DNA of 64,000 nt from Eledone cirrhosa (taxonomy: Eukaryota), in contig OZ024758.1 of NCBI GenBank assembly GCA_964016885.1, positions 26,040,001-26,104,000 on the forward strand, read 5' to 3'. Position 1 is the stretch's first letter. Every line of letters begins with the position of its first letter. Below, one piece after another: positions 1 to 12,884 of this stretch. The notes under the pieces were generated by a model that was not told the origin of the DNA, did not search any database, and saw only the letters and a program-made list of their open reading frames with translations. The translations under genes were made by a program, and so were the position numbers.

Positions 1-2880
1 AGAGATACAATTAAAGTGTTAGATATTCAGAGAGAGAGAGAAAGAGAGAGATAGACCGTTATACAAAGAGAGATACAATTAAAGTGTTAAATATTCAGAG
101 AGAGAGAGAAAGAGAGAGATAGACCGTTATACAAAGAGAGATACAATTAAAGTGTTAGATATTCAGAGAGAGATAGAAAGAGAGAGATAGACCATTATAC
201 AAAGAGAGATACAATTAAAGTGTTAGATATTCAGAGAGAGAGAGAAAGAGAGAGATAGACCATTATACAAAGAGAGATACAATTAAAGTGTTAGATATTC
301 AGAGAGAGAGAGAAAGAAAGAGATAGACCGTTATACAAAGAGAGATACAATTAAAGTGTTAGATATTCAGAGAGAGAGATAAAGAGAGAGATAGACCGTT
401 ATACAAAGAGAGATACAATTAAAGTGTTAGATATTCAGAGAGAGATAGAAAGAGAGAGATAGACCATTATACAAAGAGAGATACAATTAAAGTGTTAGAT
501 ATTCAGAGAGAGAGAGAAAGAGAGAGATAGACCGTTATACAAAGAGAGATACAATTAAAGTGTTAAATATTCAGAGAGAGAGAGAAAGAGAGAGATAGAC
601 CGTTATACAAAGAGAGATACAATTAAAGTGTTAGATATTCAGAGAGAGATAGAAAGAGAGAGATAGACCATTATACAAAGAGAGATACAATTAAAGTGTT
701 AGATATTCAGAGAGAGAGAGAAAGAGAGAGATAGACCATTATACAAAGAGAGATACAATTAAAGTGTTAGATATTCAGAGAGAGAGAGAAAGAAAGAGAT
801 AGACCGTTATACAAAGAGAGATACAATTAAAGTGTTAGATATGCAGAGAGAGAGAGAAAGAGAGAGATAGACCGTTATACAAAGAGAGATACAATTAAAG
901 TGTTAGATATTCAGAGAGAGAGATAAAGAGAGAGATAGACCGTTATACAAAGAGAGATACAATTAAAGTGTTAGATATTCAGAGAGAGAGAGAAAGAGAG
1001 AGATAGACCGTTATACAAAGAGAGATACAATTAAAGTGTTAGATATTCAGAGAGAGAAAGAGAGAGATAGACCGTTATACAAAGAGAGATACAATTAAAG
1101 TGTTAAATATTCAGAGAGAGAGAGAAAGAGAGAGATAGACCGTTATACAAAGAGAGATACAATTAAAGTGTTAGATATTCAGAGAGAGATAGAAAGAGAG
1201 AGATAGACCATTATACAAAGAGAGATACAATTAAAGTGTTAGATATTCAGAGAGAGAGAGAAAGAGAGAGATAGACCATTATACAAAGAGAGATACAATT
1301 AAAGTGTTAGATATTCAGAGAGAGAGAGAAAGAAAGAGATAGACCGTTATACAAAGAGAGATACAATTAAAGTGTTAGATATTCAGAGAGAGAGAGAAAG
1401 AGAGAGATAGACCGTTATACAAAGAGAGATACAATTAAAGTGTTAGATATTCAGAGAGAGAGATAAAGAGAGAGATAGACCGTTATACAAAGAGAGATAC
1501 AATTAAAGTGTTAGATATTCAGAGAGAGAGAGAAAGAGAGAGATAGACCGTTATACAAAGAGAGATACAATTAAAGTGTTAGATATTCAGAGAGAGAGAG
1601 AAAGAGTGAGATAGACCGTTATACAAAGAGAGATACAATTAAAGTGTTAGATATTCAGAGAGAGAGAGAAAGAGAGAGATAGACCGTTATACAAAGAGAG
1701 ATACAATTAAAGTGTTAGATATTCAGAGAGAGAGAGAAAGAGAGAGATAGACCATTATACAAAGAGAGATACAATTAAAGTGTTAGATATTCAGAGAGAG
1801 AGAGAAAGAGAGAGATAGACCATTATACAAAGAGAGATACAATTAAAGTGTTAGATATTCAGAGAGAGAAAGAGAGAGATAGACCGTTATACAAAGAGAG
1901 ATACAATTAAAGTGTTAGATATTCAGAGAGAGAGAGAAAGAGAGAGATAGACCGTTATACAAAGAGAGATACAATTAAAGTGTTAGATATTCAGAGAGAG
2001 AGAGAAAGAGAGAGATAGACCGTTATACAAAGAGAGATACAATTAAAGTGTTAGATATTCAGAGAGAGAGAGAAAGAGAGAGATAGACCGTTATACAAAG
2101 AGAGATACAATTAAAGTGTTAGATATTCAGAGAGAGAGAGAAAGAGAGAGATAGACCATTATACAAAGAGAGATACAATTAAAGTGTTAGATATTCAGAG
2201 AGAGAGAGAAAGAGAGAGATAGACCATTATACAAAGAGAGATACAATTAAAGTGTTAGATATTCAGAGAGAGAGAGAAAGAGAGAGATAGACCGTTATAC
2301 AAAGAGAGATACAATTAAAGTGTTAGATATTCAGAGAGAGAGAAAGAGAGAGATAGACCGTTATACAAAGAGAGATACAATTAAAGTGTTAGATATTCAG
2401 AGAGAGAGAGAAAGAGAGAGATAGACCGTTATACAAAGAGAGATACAATTAAAGTGTTAGATATTCAGAGAGAGAGAGAAAGAGAGAGATAGACCGTTAT
2501 ACAAAGAGAGATACAATTAAAGTGTTAGATATTCAGAGAGAGAAAGAGAGAGATAGACCATTATACAAAGAGAGATACAATTAAAGTGTTAGATATTCAG
2601 AGAGAGAGAGAAAGAGAGAGATAGACCATTATACAAAGAGAGATACAATTAAAGTGTTAGATATTCAGAGAGAGAGAGAAAGAGAGAGATAGACCGTTAT
2701 ACAAAGAGAGATACAATTAAAGTGTTAGATATTCAGAGAGAGAGAAAGAGAGAGATAGACCGTTATACAAAGAGAGATACAATTAAAGTGTTAGATATTC
2801 AGAGAGAGAGAGAAAGAGAGAGATAGACCGTTATACAAAGAGAGATACAATTAAAGTGTTAGATATTCAGAGAGAGAGAG
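1..2880. repeat. 68-bp minisatellite (~42 copies), probably internal to a Helitron
   Basis: Unit AGAGATACAATTAAAGTGTTAGATATTCAG(AG)nAAAGAGAGAGATAGACCGTTATACAAAG with variable AG length; runs off the window start. A single diverged reverse-complement unit lies at ~36350-36420. Confidence 0.95.
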
Positions 2881-3034
2881 TAACGTCCCACAAAAGTCTA
2901 GAAATGGCTTAAACTATAGATCCTTTGATCTATAGGAAGGTTTAACAATATTGTGTTAGCTTTTATAAAGACTTTATAGAACAAAGAAAAACTGATACTA
3001 TTTGAAATGAATCTACCCTCCAGCTTTTATCCAT

Positions 3035-3232
3035 ATACTACTTACAGACCGTACTAAAGAAGCTAAACACTTCAGAAGCAATGTTATGTGGTATATTGCT
3101 GTGTTTCAGATGACGTCCTTTGGAGCTGAAAAAGATCATACTGACTATGGTTATTTCACATTTAAAACCCAAGGCCAATGCTACCATTTAATCGGCAGTT
3201 TACTCCCCCAGCCTAATAAGGAAGTTTTATGA
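3035..3232 (+). pseudogene. Helitron RepHel N-terminal fragment
   Basis: Translates to ILLTDRTKEAKHFRSNVMWYIAVFQMTSFGAEKDHTDYGYFTFKTQGQCYHLIGSLLPQP, matching the Helitron Rep motif HF..NIR.YN..FQMTSFGA...TFK.QGQ.YH.IGSLLP. Confidence 0.85.
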
Positions 3233-3754
3233 TTGTTTTTTTGTTTATGTCTCTCTCACACACACTCACACACCACGGTCTCACCTCATACCAGACAACA
3301 CATCCAATACAGTCGTTTTCTCTTTTATCTATCTTCTCTTAACTATTCTCCCAGGCGAAGCCGGGTACCCCAGCTAGTATGTTTATATATGATATTTTGA
3401 GTTTTCGATTGTACAAGCAAAAGTTTTAAAAAACAAATCTACCCTGTAAAACCAGTGTCAACAAACTTATAGTAAAAAAAAAAAAAAAAAAAAAGACAGA
3501 CGGACAGACAGACTTAAACAGGTTGAGAGAATATGTAGTTGCACATATGGTTTAGGTTTATTCAAGATAATGCCAGTCTTCTTACATGGTTTAGTTTCTA
3601 AACATTAAAACAGCAGCTCAGTATCCTGTTTAGTGGCTGACTCACACAGCAAGTAGACTGCATACATTTAAACAACTGGGACAAAAGTGTTGGCTGCTAT
3701 GTTCTGTGTGTAGATGGGTTGTTGTTTGGGGGGGGGGGGGGGGGGGGGGTAAAT

Positions 3755-3952
3755 AATTGTTTTTACTGTTGGCACAAGGCCAGCAATTTACCTCAGTGTA
3801 TTACTGGTACTTTATTTTATCGACACCACATAAGGATGAAAGGCAAAGTTAACCTCGGCGGCGATGATTTGAACTCAGAATGGCAAGGGGCCGTAACTCT
3901 ATGCGTCAAAGCATGGCGCGTCCGACCCTCTACCGACACTGCCAATCCACCC
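3755..3952 (-). mobile_element. tRNA-derived SINE (major family A)
   Basis: Reverse complement of GGTGGATTGGCAG..GAGTTCAAAT..GCCTTTCATCCTTA..GTCGATAAAATAAAGTACCAG..GGCCTTGTGCC. Has A/B boxes and a MetaSINE-like central domain. Confidence 0.9.
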
Positions 3953-4067
3953 GGTGGGGGTGGGGTGGGGTGGGGTGGGGGCGTAAATAATTTTTTTAAA
4001 GAAATGCATTTTTTTTATACAAAAAATAATATTTTCATTAATGAAAACCCATCAACAATGAAAGGCA

Positions 4068-4418
4068 TTAAAGATGCAGTTGACGAGTTGTAAGTGTATT
4101 ATTGATCACTCCTAGAGAGCTGCTGGCGAAAAAGTGATCGTTTTTGAAACTATCATAAGTTAAATCCGGGTCGTTGTAATGAGCATTAGAGACAAAATGT
4201 GGTGGTAGATTATTTGGAGTGTGGTAGATAAAACTTCCTGTAATAATTGAAGGCTCGTCACTCAGTTCGCTGTGAACATTTGGTACATAGAGAGCAGGAT
4301 CACTAGAACCCATACTATCAAAATTTCCAAAAGGGTGTGGGTATCTATACGGCTGGACGTACTGTGGCCGCATAGTCATCGGTCTAAATGTAGGTGGATA
4401 ATATGGACGGGAAATAGT
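4068..4418 (-). CDS. Terminal exon of chitin-binding (CBM14) protein gene; Pro/Tyr/His/Ser-rich C-terminus
   Basis: Strong acceptor TCTTTATTTTCTTCTTTTGTAG|, phase 0; open frame TISRPYYPPTFRPMTMRPQYVQPYRYPHPF...TTRQLHL* in unique sequence. Phase matches the exon at 14063. Confidence 0.75.
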   Translation of the reverse strand, partial: TISRPYYPPTFRPMTMRPQYVQPYRYPHPFGNFDSMGSSDPALYVPNVHSELSDEPSIITGSFIYHTPNNLPPHFVSNAHYNDPDLTYDSFKNDHFFASSSLGVINNTLTTRQLHL

Positions 4419-4514
4419 CTACAAAAGAAGAAAATAAAGATCAACCACATTTAAATGTTACCAACAGAAGACATTCATAATAAATTACTGATGGTATATT
4501 CATAATTTACCATC

Positions 4515-5106
4515 AGTTAATTTAGTTTTATATGGACATCACCTCAACAGGACTAGAACTGTTTCATTCGTTAGAAATCATTAGTTAATTTAATTTTATA
4601 TAGACATCACTTCTACTAGACTAGACCTGTTTCATTCATTTCAAATCATCATAAATTAGATTTTGGATAGACATCATTAATACGAGGCTAGACCTGTTTC
4701 ATTCATTTCAAATCATCATAAATTAGATTTTGTATAGACATCATTAATACGAGGCTAGACCTGTTTCATTCGTTTCAAATCATTATAAATTTAATTTTAT
4801 ATAGACATTACTTCTACGGGACTAGACCTGTTTCATTCATTTCAAATCATGATAAATTAGATTTTGTATAGACATCATTAATACGAGGCTAGACCTGTTT
4901 CATTCGTTTCAAATCATTATAAATATAATTTTATATAGACATCACTTCTACGGGACTAGACCGGTTTCATTCATTTCAAATCATGATAAATTAGATTTTG
5001 TATAGACATCATTAATACGAGGCTAGACCTGTTTCATTCGTTTCAAATCATTATAAATTTAATTTTATATAGACATCACTTCTACAGGACTAGACCTGTT
5101 TCATTC
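4515..5106 (-). repeat. 67-bp minisatellite (~9 copies, alternating dimer) derived from a Penelope-like hammerhead segment
   Basis: CTAGACCTGTTTCATTC recurs every 67 bp. The minus strand reads (C)TAATGA/TGATGA-TTT..CGAAT-GAAACAG(G/T)TCTAGTC, homologous to the dispersed copy at 34834-34870. Confidence 0.8.
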
Positions 5107-5109
5107 CTA

Positions 5110-5415
5110 TGTTGAGAAAGAAACTGGGTACAAGAGGGATAAGTTGTGGTGTGCAGGAGATGGTATGGACATGTGATGCGCATGGAGGATGACCGCTAGG
5201 TAAAGAAGTACCAAGAAATCCCAGTAGAAGGAAGACGCAGTAGAGGTAGACCACGAAAAACATGGGCGGAGGTGGTAAAAGCAGATCTCAGATCACTGAA
5301 ACTCACCGAGGAGATGACGAAGGACGGTGACAAGTGGAGAGATGCTGTGCTGAATTGGACCCGTCCCACCCTTGCAAGCAGGGAAAAGCGGACGTAAATT
5401 GATGATGATGATGAT
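5110..5415 (+). mobile_element. RTE-clade LINE 3' end, 5'-truncated, with (GAT)n tail
   Basis: Encodes WYGHVMRMEDDR*VKKYQEIPVEGRRSRGRPRKTWAEVVKADL, the RTE C-terminal motif; ends in GATGATGATGATG. Confidence 0.85.
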
Positions 5416-5759
5416 GGCTGTTTAACTTATTGATTATTTTCAATAACTCAATCAGTTTACGAACGCTAGAATATATTTTACCAGAATTTTTCTTATTTAC
5501 AATACTCAAATTTTATAACAATATTTTCAAGTGATAAAAATAATTTTAGTATATCTAAATTGCTGACTAACTTTTCAGCTCGTTTATACATAGATTGCTA
5601 GTTCCACGTAGAAATAACAGTAGTCAAAGAGTTACATTTGTGCCTTCATGTTCAACGTAATAAGGAAATAATTCTGAAGAAAATGTGACAATTCATGCCT
5701 GTAGTGAATCAATGACAAATACACATGTATAGTAAAATATCACATATGACAGGTGCAAT

Positions 5760-5905
5760 GTGTCCAATCACGGAAGAGCCGAACTCCCACTGTCATCGCC
5801 TCCCTCGTCTCTCTGTATTAAGAGCAAATGGGGTCCCACGTGCTGGCCTCCCCACAACCCCGGCGGACAGAATGGAGAAGGCGTTTCCCCGGAGGATGGT
5901 AAGGG
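5760..5905 (+). mobile_element. Dispersed short repeat family X
   Basis: GAAGAGCCGAACTCCCACTGTCA...GAGCAAATGGGGTCCCACGTGCTGG...GACAGAATGGAGAAGGCGTTTCCCCGG also occurs at 23825-23987 and 27270-27445, and seeds the 8935-11465 array. Confidence 0.75.
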
Positions 5906-6149
5906 AGATGCGCTGGAAGAACCATTCCATTTCGCGGTGGTTGTAAATAGAATTAGAACTGGGTTCGTAGAAAGGTGCTTTTAAAAGGTGGGGCAAGAAG
6001 TCTTGGCTGAAATCAATAAAATATTTCAACAAATTTAAAATTACTATAGTATCTTTATCGAAACACAAAAGAAAAAGCCACTTAGAAATATGGTGAACCA
6101 CAACGAGACGAGTCAAACAACAGGAGCTGTCTCAACTGATGATTGTTAC

Positions 6150-7865
6150 GGCTATGTTGAAAAATAAATACCATTTGATCATTCCATGAGAGTATCTTGG
6201 TCAGCCTATAAACTTTTGAGCCAACCCTTGTTTTTTACCAGGGACTGACTATGTTGAAAAATAAACCCCATTTGGTCATTCCATGAGAGTATCTTGGTCA
6301 GCCTATAAACTTTTGAGCCAACCCTTGTTTTTTACCAGGGACTGACTATGTTGAAAAATAAACCCCATTTAGTCATTCCATGAGAGTATCTTGGTCAGCC
6401 TATAAACTTTTGAGCCAACCCTTGTTTTTTACCAGGGACTGACTATGTTAAAAATAAACCCCATTTGGTCATTCCATGAGAGTATCTTGGTCAGCCTATA
6501 AACTTTTGAGCCAACCCTTGTTTATTACCAGGGACTGACTATGTTGAAAAATAAACCCCATTTGGTCATTCCATGAGAGTATCTTGGTCAGCCTATAAAC
6601 TTTTGAGCCAACCCTTGTTTTTTACCAGGGACTGACTATGTTGAAAAATAAACCCCATTTGGTCATTCCATGAGAGTATCTTGGTCAGCCTATAAACTTT
6701 TGAGCCAACCCTTGTTTTTTACCAGGGACTGACTATATTAAAAAATAAACCCCATTTGGTCATTCCATGAGAGTATCTTGGTCAGCCTATAAACTTTTGA
6801 GCCAACCCTTGTTTTTTACCAGGGACTGACTATGTTGAAAAATAAACCCCATTTGGTCATTCCATGAGAGTATCTTGGTCAGCCTATAAACTTTTGAGCC
6901 AACCCTTGTTTTTTACTAGGGACTGACTATGTTGAAAAATAAACCCCATTTGGTCATTCCATGAGAGTATCTTGGTCAGCCTATAAACTTTTGAGCCAAC
7001 CCTTGTTTTTTACCAGGGACTGACTATGTTGAAAAATAAACCCCATTTGGTCATTCCATGAGAGTATCTTGGTCAGCCTATAAACTTTTGAGCCAACCCT
7101 TGTTTTTTACCAGGGACTGACTATGTTAAAAAATAAACCCCATTTGGTCATTCCATGAGAGTATCTTGGTCAGCCTATAAACTTTTGAGCCAACCCTTGT
7201 TTTTTACCAGGGACTGACTATGTTAAAAAATAAACCCCATTTGGTCATTCCATGAGAGTATCTTGGTCAGCCTATAAACTTTTGAGCCAACCCTTGTTTT
7301 TTACCAGGGACTGACTATGTTAAAAAATAAACCCCATTTGATCATTCCATGAGAGTATCTTGGTCAGCCTATAAACTTTTGAGCCAATCCTTGTTTTTTA
7401 CCAGGGACTGACTATGTTGAAAAATAAACCCCATTTGGTCATTCCATGAGAGTATCTTGGTCAGCCTATAAACTTTTGAGCCAACCCTTGTTTTTTACCA
7501 GGGACTGACTATGTTGAAAAATAAACCCCATTTGGTCATTCCATGAGAGTATCTTGGTCAGCCTATAAACTTTTGAGCCAACCCTTGTTTTTTACCAGGG
7601 ACTGACTATGTTGAAAAATAAACCCCATTTGGTCATTCCATGAGAGTATCTTGGTCAGCCTATAAACTTTTGAGCCAACCCTTGTTTTTTACCAGGGACT
7701 GACTATGTTGAAAAATAAACCCCATTTGGTCATTCCATGAGAGTATCTTGGTCAGCCTATAAACTTTTGAGCCAACCCTTGTTTTTTACCAGGGACTGAC
7801 TATGTTGAAAAATAAACCCCATTTGGTCATTCCATGAGAGTATCTTGGTCAGCCTATAAACTTTT
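6150..7865. repeat. 97-bp minisatellite (~17.5 near-identical copies)
   Basis: Unit GACTATGTTGAAAAATAAACCCCATTTGGTCATTCCATGAGAGTATCTTGGTCAGCCTATAAACTTTTGAGCCAACCCTTGTTTTTTACCAGGGACT. Confidence 0.97.
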
Positions 7866-8934
7866 CAGTTGACCATCATATATTAGAAGAGCATATTTTG
7901 TAGATAAACAAATTTAGTAGTACTAGGAGCACTTTCTATTAAAGCCAGATAAGCTATCGACGGGGAGTGAAAGAAGAAACTTCTTCAGATGTATGATCTG
8001 TCTTTTATTATCATGGGTGAGAAACACTATGATGGCTGGATCATTAAACCATTTATAGAAATTATTAGGCCTCCATAGGTAAAAATACAGTGTTGGGAAC
8101 TACATGACCACAGAGGCATACTTCACAATATGACTTGTCAAATATTTTAATAAGGTCTAATAGAGAGGTCGGCTCTAATGTTTGTCAAAGATCAGTATTA
8201 CACAGGTCACACCCTTTAAATACACTAACAGTTTTGTAAATACTTCCCGCATAAAGGATACCAGTAGAACAAATTAAAATGCAATTCAATAACCTAAACC
8301 CTCATTGATTTAAACTGCGTTGTCAATCCCATTGTCTAACAACTACTATATAACTTGCTGCATGTGGCCCTTTTAGGTCTATGTGTGCTGGGCCCAGAGA
8401 TTTTACGTCATTTTGACGTCAAATGTCCTGAGCTGTGATGTCAGATCGTCGATAAAGAAACAAAAACAAGGTAAGTGTGGTGGCATTGACAGTAACCTTC
8501 AAACAGTGTCCTTAAGTTGACATTAATTATCCTGCATGGAAGCTCTCTCCCTTATGATATACACCTACACACAGGGTTGGATTTAACATTGGGGAGCCCG
8601 GGAATTTCAGGTTACGGGTGAGGACTTATACACAAAAAATAGAATACACAAGCAGACAACCTACAATAATGTAGGCAATACACTGAATAGTTGTGTACTC
8701 TGCTCTTACTGCTTTTGTTAATTCCATCGTCATTCAAATACAACACGACTCAATGGTGGTCCCCGTTCGTTCTTCTTTATTTACTAATTCGTCTTAACTG
8801 AAACTCTCTCAGTAAGTCAACATGTTTGTTTAGTTCTGTTTGTTATCCTGTTGGTAACTCAGTAATGTCAGTATAACACAGAAAACACTGAGAAAAGTGA
8901 TATCGAAATTAATGTCAGAAAATACAGATCTGAT

Positions 8935-11465
8935 AGGAAGACCCCATTTGCTCATAACAGTGAGAGATGGGGAGGTCGAGAGAGATGGGGGTGATGACAG
9001 TGGGAGTTTGGCTCCTCTGTGTAAGGAGCTGGTGTATATGAGAGATGGGGAAGGCGAGAGAGAAAGGGGGCGGTGACAGTGGGAGTTTGGTTCCTCTGTG
9101 TTCGGACCTGGTATACATGAGAGATGGGGAGGTCGAGAGAAAGGGGGCGGTGACAGTGGGAGTTTGGTTCCTCAGTGTTCGGACCTGGTATACATGAGAA
9201 ATGGGGAAGGCGAGAGAGAAAGGGGGCGGTGACAGTGGGAGTTTGGTTCCTCTGTGTTCGGACCTGGTATACATGAGAGATGGGGAAGGCGAGAGAGAAA
9301 GGGGGCGGTGACAGTGGGAGTTTGGTTCCTCTGTGTTTGGACCTGGTATACATGAGAGATGGGGAGGTCGAGAGAGAGGGGGCGGTGACAGTGGGAGTTT
9401 GGTTCCTCTGTGTTCGGACCTGGTGTACATGAGAGATGGGGAAGGCGAGAGAGAAAGGGGGCGGTGACAGTGGGAGTTTGGTTCCTCTGTGTTCGGACCT
9501 GGTATACATGAGAGATGGGGAAGGCGAGAGAGAAAGGGGGCGGTGACAGTGGGAGTTTGGTTCCTCTGTGTTCGGACCTGGTATACATGAGAGATGGGGA
9601 AGGCGAGAGAGAAAGGGGGCGGTGACAGTGGGAGTTTGGTTCCTCTGTGTTTGGACCTGGTATACATGAGAGATGGGGAAGGCGAGAGAGAAAGGGGGCG
9701 GTGACAGTGGGAGTTTGGTTCCTCTGTGTTCGGACCTGGTATACATGAGAGATGGGGAAGGCGAGAGAGAAAGGGGGCGGTGACAGTGGGAGTTTGGTTC
9801 CTCTGTGTATGGACCTGGTATACATGAGAGATGGGGAGGTCGAGAGAAAGGGGGCGGTGACAGTGGGAGTTTGGTTCCTCTGTGTTCGGACCTGGTGTAC
9901 ATGAGAGATGGGGAAGGCGAGAGAGAAAGGGGGCGGTGACAGTGGGAGTTTGGTTCCTCTGTATTTGGACCTGGTATACATGAGAGATGGGGAGGTCGAG
10001 AGAAAGGGGGCGGTGACAGTGGGAGTTTGGTTCCTCTGTGTTCGGACCTGGTGTACATGAGAGATGGGGAAGGCGAGAGAGAAAGGGGGCAGTGACAGTG
10101 GGAGTTTGGTTCCTCTGTGTTTGGACCTGGTATACATGAGAGATGGGGAGGTCGAGAGAAAGGGGGCGGTGACAGTGGGAGTTTGGTTCCTCTGTGTTCG
10201 GACCTGGTGTACATGAGAGATGGGGAAGGCGAGAGAGAAAGGGGGCGGTGACAGTGGGAGTTTGGTTCCTCTGTGTTCGGACCTGGTATACATGAGAGAT
10301 GGGGAAGGCGAGAGAGAAAGGGGGCGGTGACAGTGGGAGTTTGGTTCCTCTGTGTAAGGAGCTGGTGTATATGAGAGATGGGGAAGGCGAGAGAGAAAGG
10401 GGGCGGTGACAGTGGGAGTTTGGTTCCTCAGTGTTTGGACCTAGTATACATGAGAGATGGGGAGGTCGAGAGAAAGGGGGCGGTGACAGTGGGAGTTTGG
10501 TTCCTCTGTGTTCGGACCTGGTATACATGAGAGATGGGGAAGGCGAGAGAGAAAGGGGGCGGTGACAGTGGGAGTTTGGTTCCTCTGTGTTTGGACCTGG
10601 TATACATGAGAGATGGGGAGGTCGAGAGAAAGGGGGCGGTGACAGTGGGAGTTTGGTTCCTCTGTGTTCGGACCTGGTATACATGAGAGATGGGGAAGGC
10701 GAGAGAGAAAGGGGGCGGTGACAGTGGGAGTTTGGTTCCTCTGTATTTGGACCTGGTATACATGAGAGAAGGGGAGGTCGAGAGAAAGGGGGCGGTGACA
10801 GTGGGAGTTTGGTTCCTCTGTGTTCGGACCTGGTATACATGAGAGATGGGGAAGGCGAGAGAGAAAGGGGGCGGTGACAGTGGGAGTTTGGTTCCTCTGT
10901 GTTCGGACCTGGTGTACATGAGAGATGGGGAAGGCGAGAGAGAAAGGGGGCGGTGACAGTGGGAGTTTGGTTCCTCTGTGTTCGGACCTGGTGTATATGA
11001 GAGATGGGGAAGGCGAGAGAGAAAGGGGGCGGTGACAGTGGGAGTTTGGTTCCTCTGTGTTCGGACCTGGTATACATAAGAGATGGGGAAGGCGAGAGAG
11101 AGGGGGCGGTGACAGAGGGAGTTTAGTTCCTCTGTGTTTGGACCTGGTATACATAAGAGATGGGGAAGGCGAGAGAGAGGGGGCGGTGACAGTGGGAGTT
11201 TAGTTCCTCTGTGTTCGGACCTGGTATACATAAGAGATGGGGAAGGCGAGAGAGAGGGGGCGGTGACAGTGGGAGTTTAGTTCCTCTGTGTTTGGACCTG
11301 GTATACATAAGAGATGGGGAAGGCGAGAGAGAGGGGGCGGTGACAGTGGGAGTTTAGTTCCTCTGTGTTCGGACCTGGTATACATGAGAGATGGGGAAGG
11401 CGAGAGAGTTGGAGGTGATGACAATGGGAGTTTAGTTCCTCTGTGTTTGGACCCGGTGTTCATGT
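8935..11465 (-). repeat. 77/79-bp G-rich minisatellite (~32 copies) amplified from repeat family X
   Basis: Unit GAGAGATGGGGAAGGCGAGAGAGAAAGGGGGCGGTGACAGTGGGAGTTTGGTTCCTCTGTGTTCGGACCTGGTATACAT. The left end continues into CCCCATTTGCTCA, as in the dispersed copies. Confidence 0.95.
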
Positions 11466-11514
11466 TGTGTAATTTTACACTATCGACCCTTTCTTTTCCT
11501 CTTTCCTTGTAAAA

Positions 11515-12362
11515 TATGTGTGTATGTATGTGTGTGTGAGTGTGTATATATGTGTGTGTATATATATGTGTGTGTGTATATATGTGTATGTATGTGTGTA
11601 TATGTGTGTATATGTGTGTGTATATATATGTGTGTATATATGTGTGTGTATATATGTGTGTGTGTATATGTGTGTGTATATATGTGTGTGTGTATATGTG
11701 TGTGTATATATGTGTGTGTATATATGTGTGTGTGTATATGTGTGTGTATATATATGTGTGTGTGTGTATATATGTGTATGTATGTGTGTATATGTGTGTG
11801 TGTATATATGTGTATGTATGTGTGTATATGTGTGTATATGTGTGTGTATATATATGTGTGTATATATGTGTGTGTATATATGTGTGTGTATATATATGTG
11901 TGTATATATGTGTGTGTATATATGTGTGTGTGTATATGTGTGTGTATATATATGTGTGTATATATGTGTGTGTATATATGTGTGTGTATATATGTGTGTG
12001 TGTATATGTGTGTGTATATATGTGTGTGTGTGTGTGTATATATGTGTATGTATGTGTGTATATGTGTGTGTGTATATATGTATGTATATATGTGTGTGTA
12101 TATATGTGTGTGTATATATGTGTGTGTGTATATGTGTGTGTATATATATGTGTGTGTGTGTATATATGTGTATGTATGTGTGTATATGTGTGTGTGTGTA
12201 TATATGTATGTATATATGTGTGTGTATATATATGTGTGTATATATGTGTGTGTATATATGTGTGTGTGTATATGTGTGTGTATATATATGTGTGTGTGTG
12301 TATATATGTGTATGTATGTGTGTATATGTGTGTGTGTATATATGTATGTATATATGTGTGTG
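11515..12362. repeat. Compound (TG)n/(TA)n microsatellite
   Basis: Low-complexity TG/TA tract. Confidence 0.97.
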
Positions 12363-12364
12363 TT

Positions 12365-12770
12365 GGGAGAGATGACCCCTTAGCCTTTGTCAAGGCAGAA
12401 TTCTAGGAGAAGGAAAACTCTGATATAACACCTGCAACTCTGATGGTATCCAATGATGTTGACTTGTTCTTCTTTTTGGTAAATATCATCTTGGTTAAGA
12501 GAGTGGGACTGGCTTTGTGCAGTGCCTTTGCTCACTATAAAAGCTTCACGGCACAGGCATTGCTTTATATCTGGAGATCTCTCTGCACTTGTCGTCACAT
12601 GGTACCATGGGCCCAGCACTATGTGTCAATAATTGTCACAAGTGTAGTGTTTGTACCAGAGTTTTCAAGTCGCTGGCTGGACTAAAAAGTCACTCGTTCA
12701 GCGCATTGGTAGGGGTTCTCCTACATGGATATAAAGTAGTGGCCGTACTCGAAAACGAGTTGATCAGCCA
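12365..12770 (+). mobile_element. Degenerate RTE-like LINE 3' end
   Basis: Contains CSVCTRVFKSLAGLKSH, a C-terminal zinc-finger-like motif of RTE-BovB-type ORFs; upstream frames are disrupted. Confidence 0.6.
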
Positions 12771-12884
12771 CCATATATATGTGTGTATATATGCGTGTGT
12801 ATGTTTTGCACTAACAACATCGTGATCGTTTGCATCCAATATGGCTGAAGTGTCGCCATGTTGGATACAATGTTATTTACTACT

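Larger units (their letters stand above)
1..3377 (+). mobile_element. Non-autonomous Helitron, 3' portion (Rep fragment, 3' hairpin and CTAG end)
   Basis: 3' terminus CCCAGGC-GAA-GCCGGG hairpin (3350-3365) followed by CTAG|T at 3374-3378. A Rep-like coding fragment lies upstream. Inclusion of the minisatellite in the element is inferred. Confidence 0.75.

Noticed and set aside
6150-7865. CRISPR-like regular repeats (also 30133-33075 and 51520-52545)
   Set aside because: No unique spacers, no cas genes, eukaryotic context; plain tandem repeats.
8915-11308. Long ORFs up to 720 aa
   Set aside because: Translations of the 77/79-bp minisatellite, open in multiple frames; no domain or gene structure.
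11200-12406. ORFs over TG/TA tracts (likewise 24266-25085, 41005-41578, 50152-51232, 56321-57520)
   Set aside because: Microsatellite artefacts.
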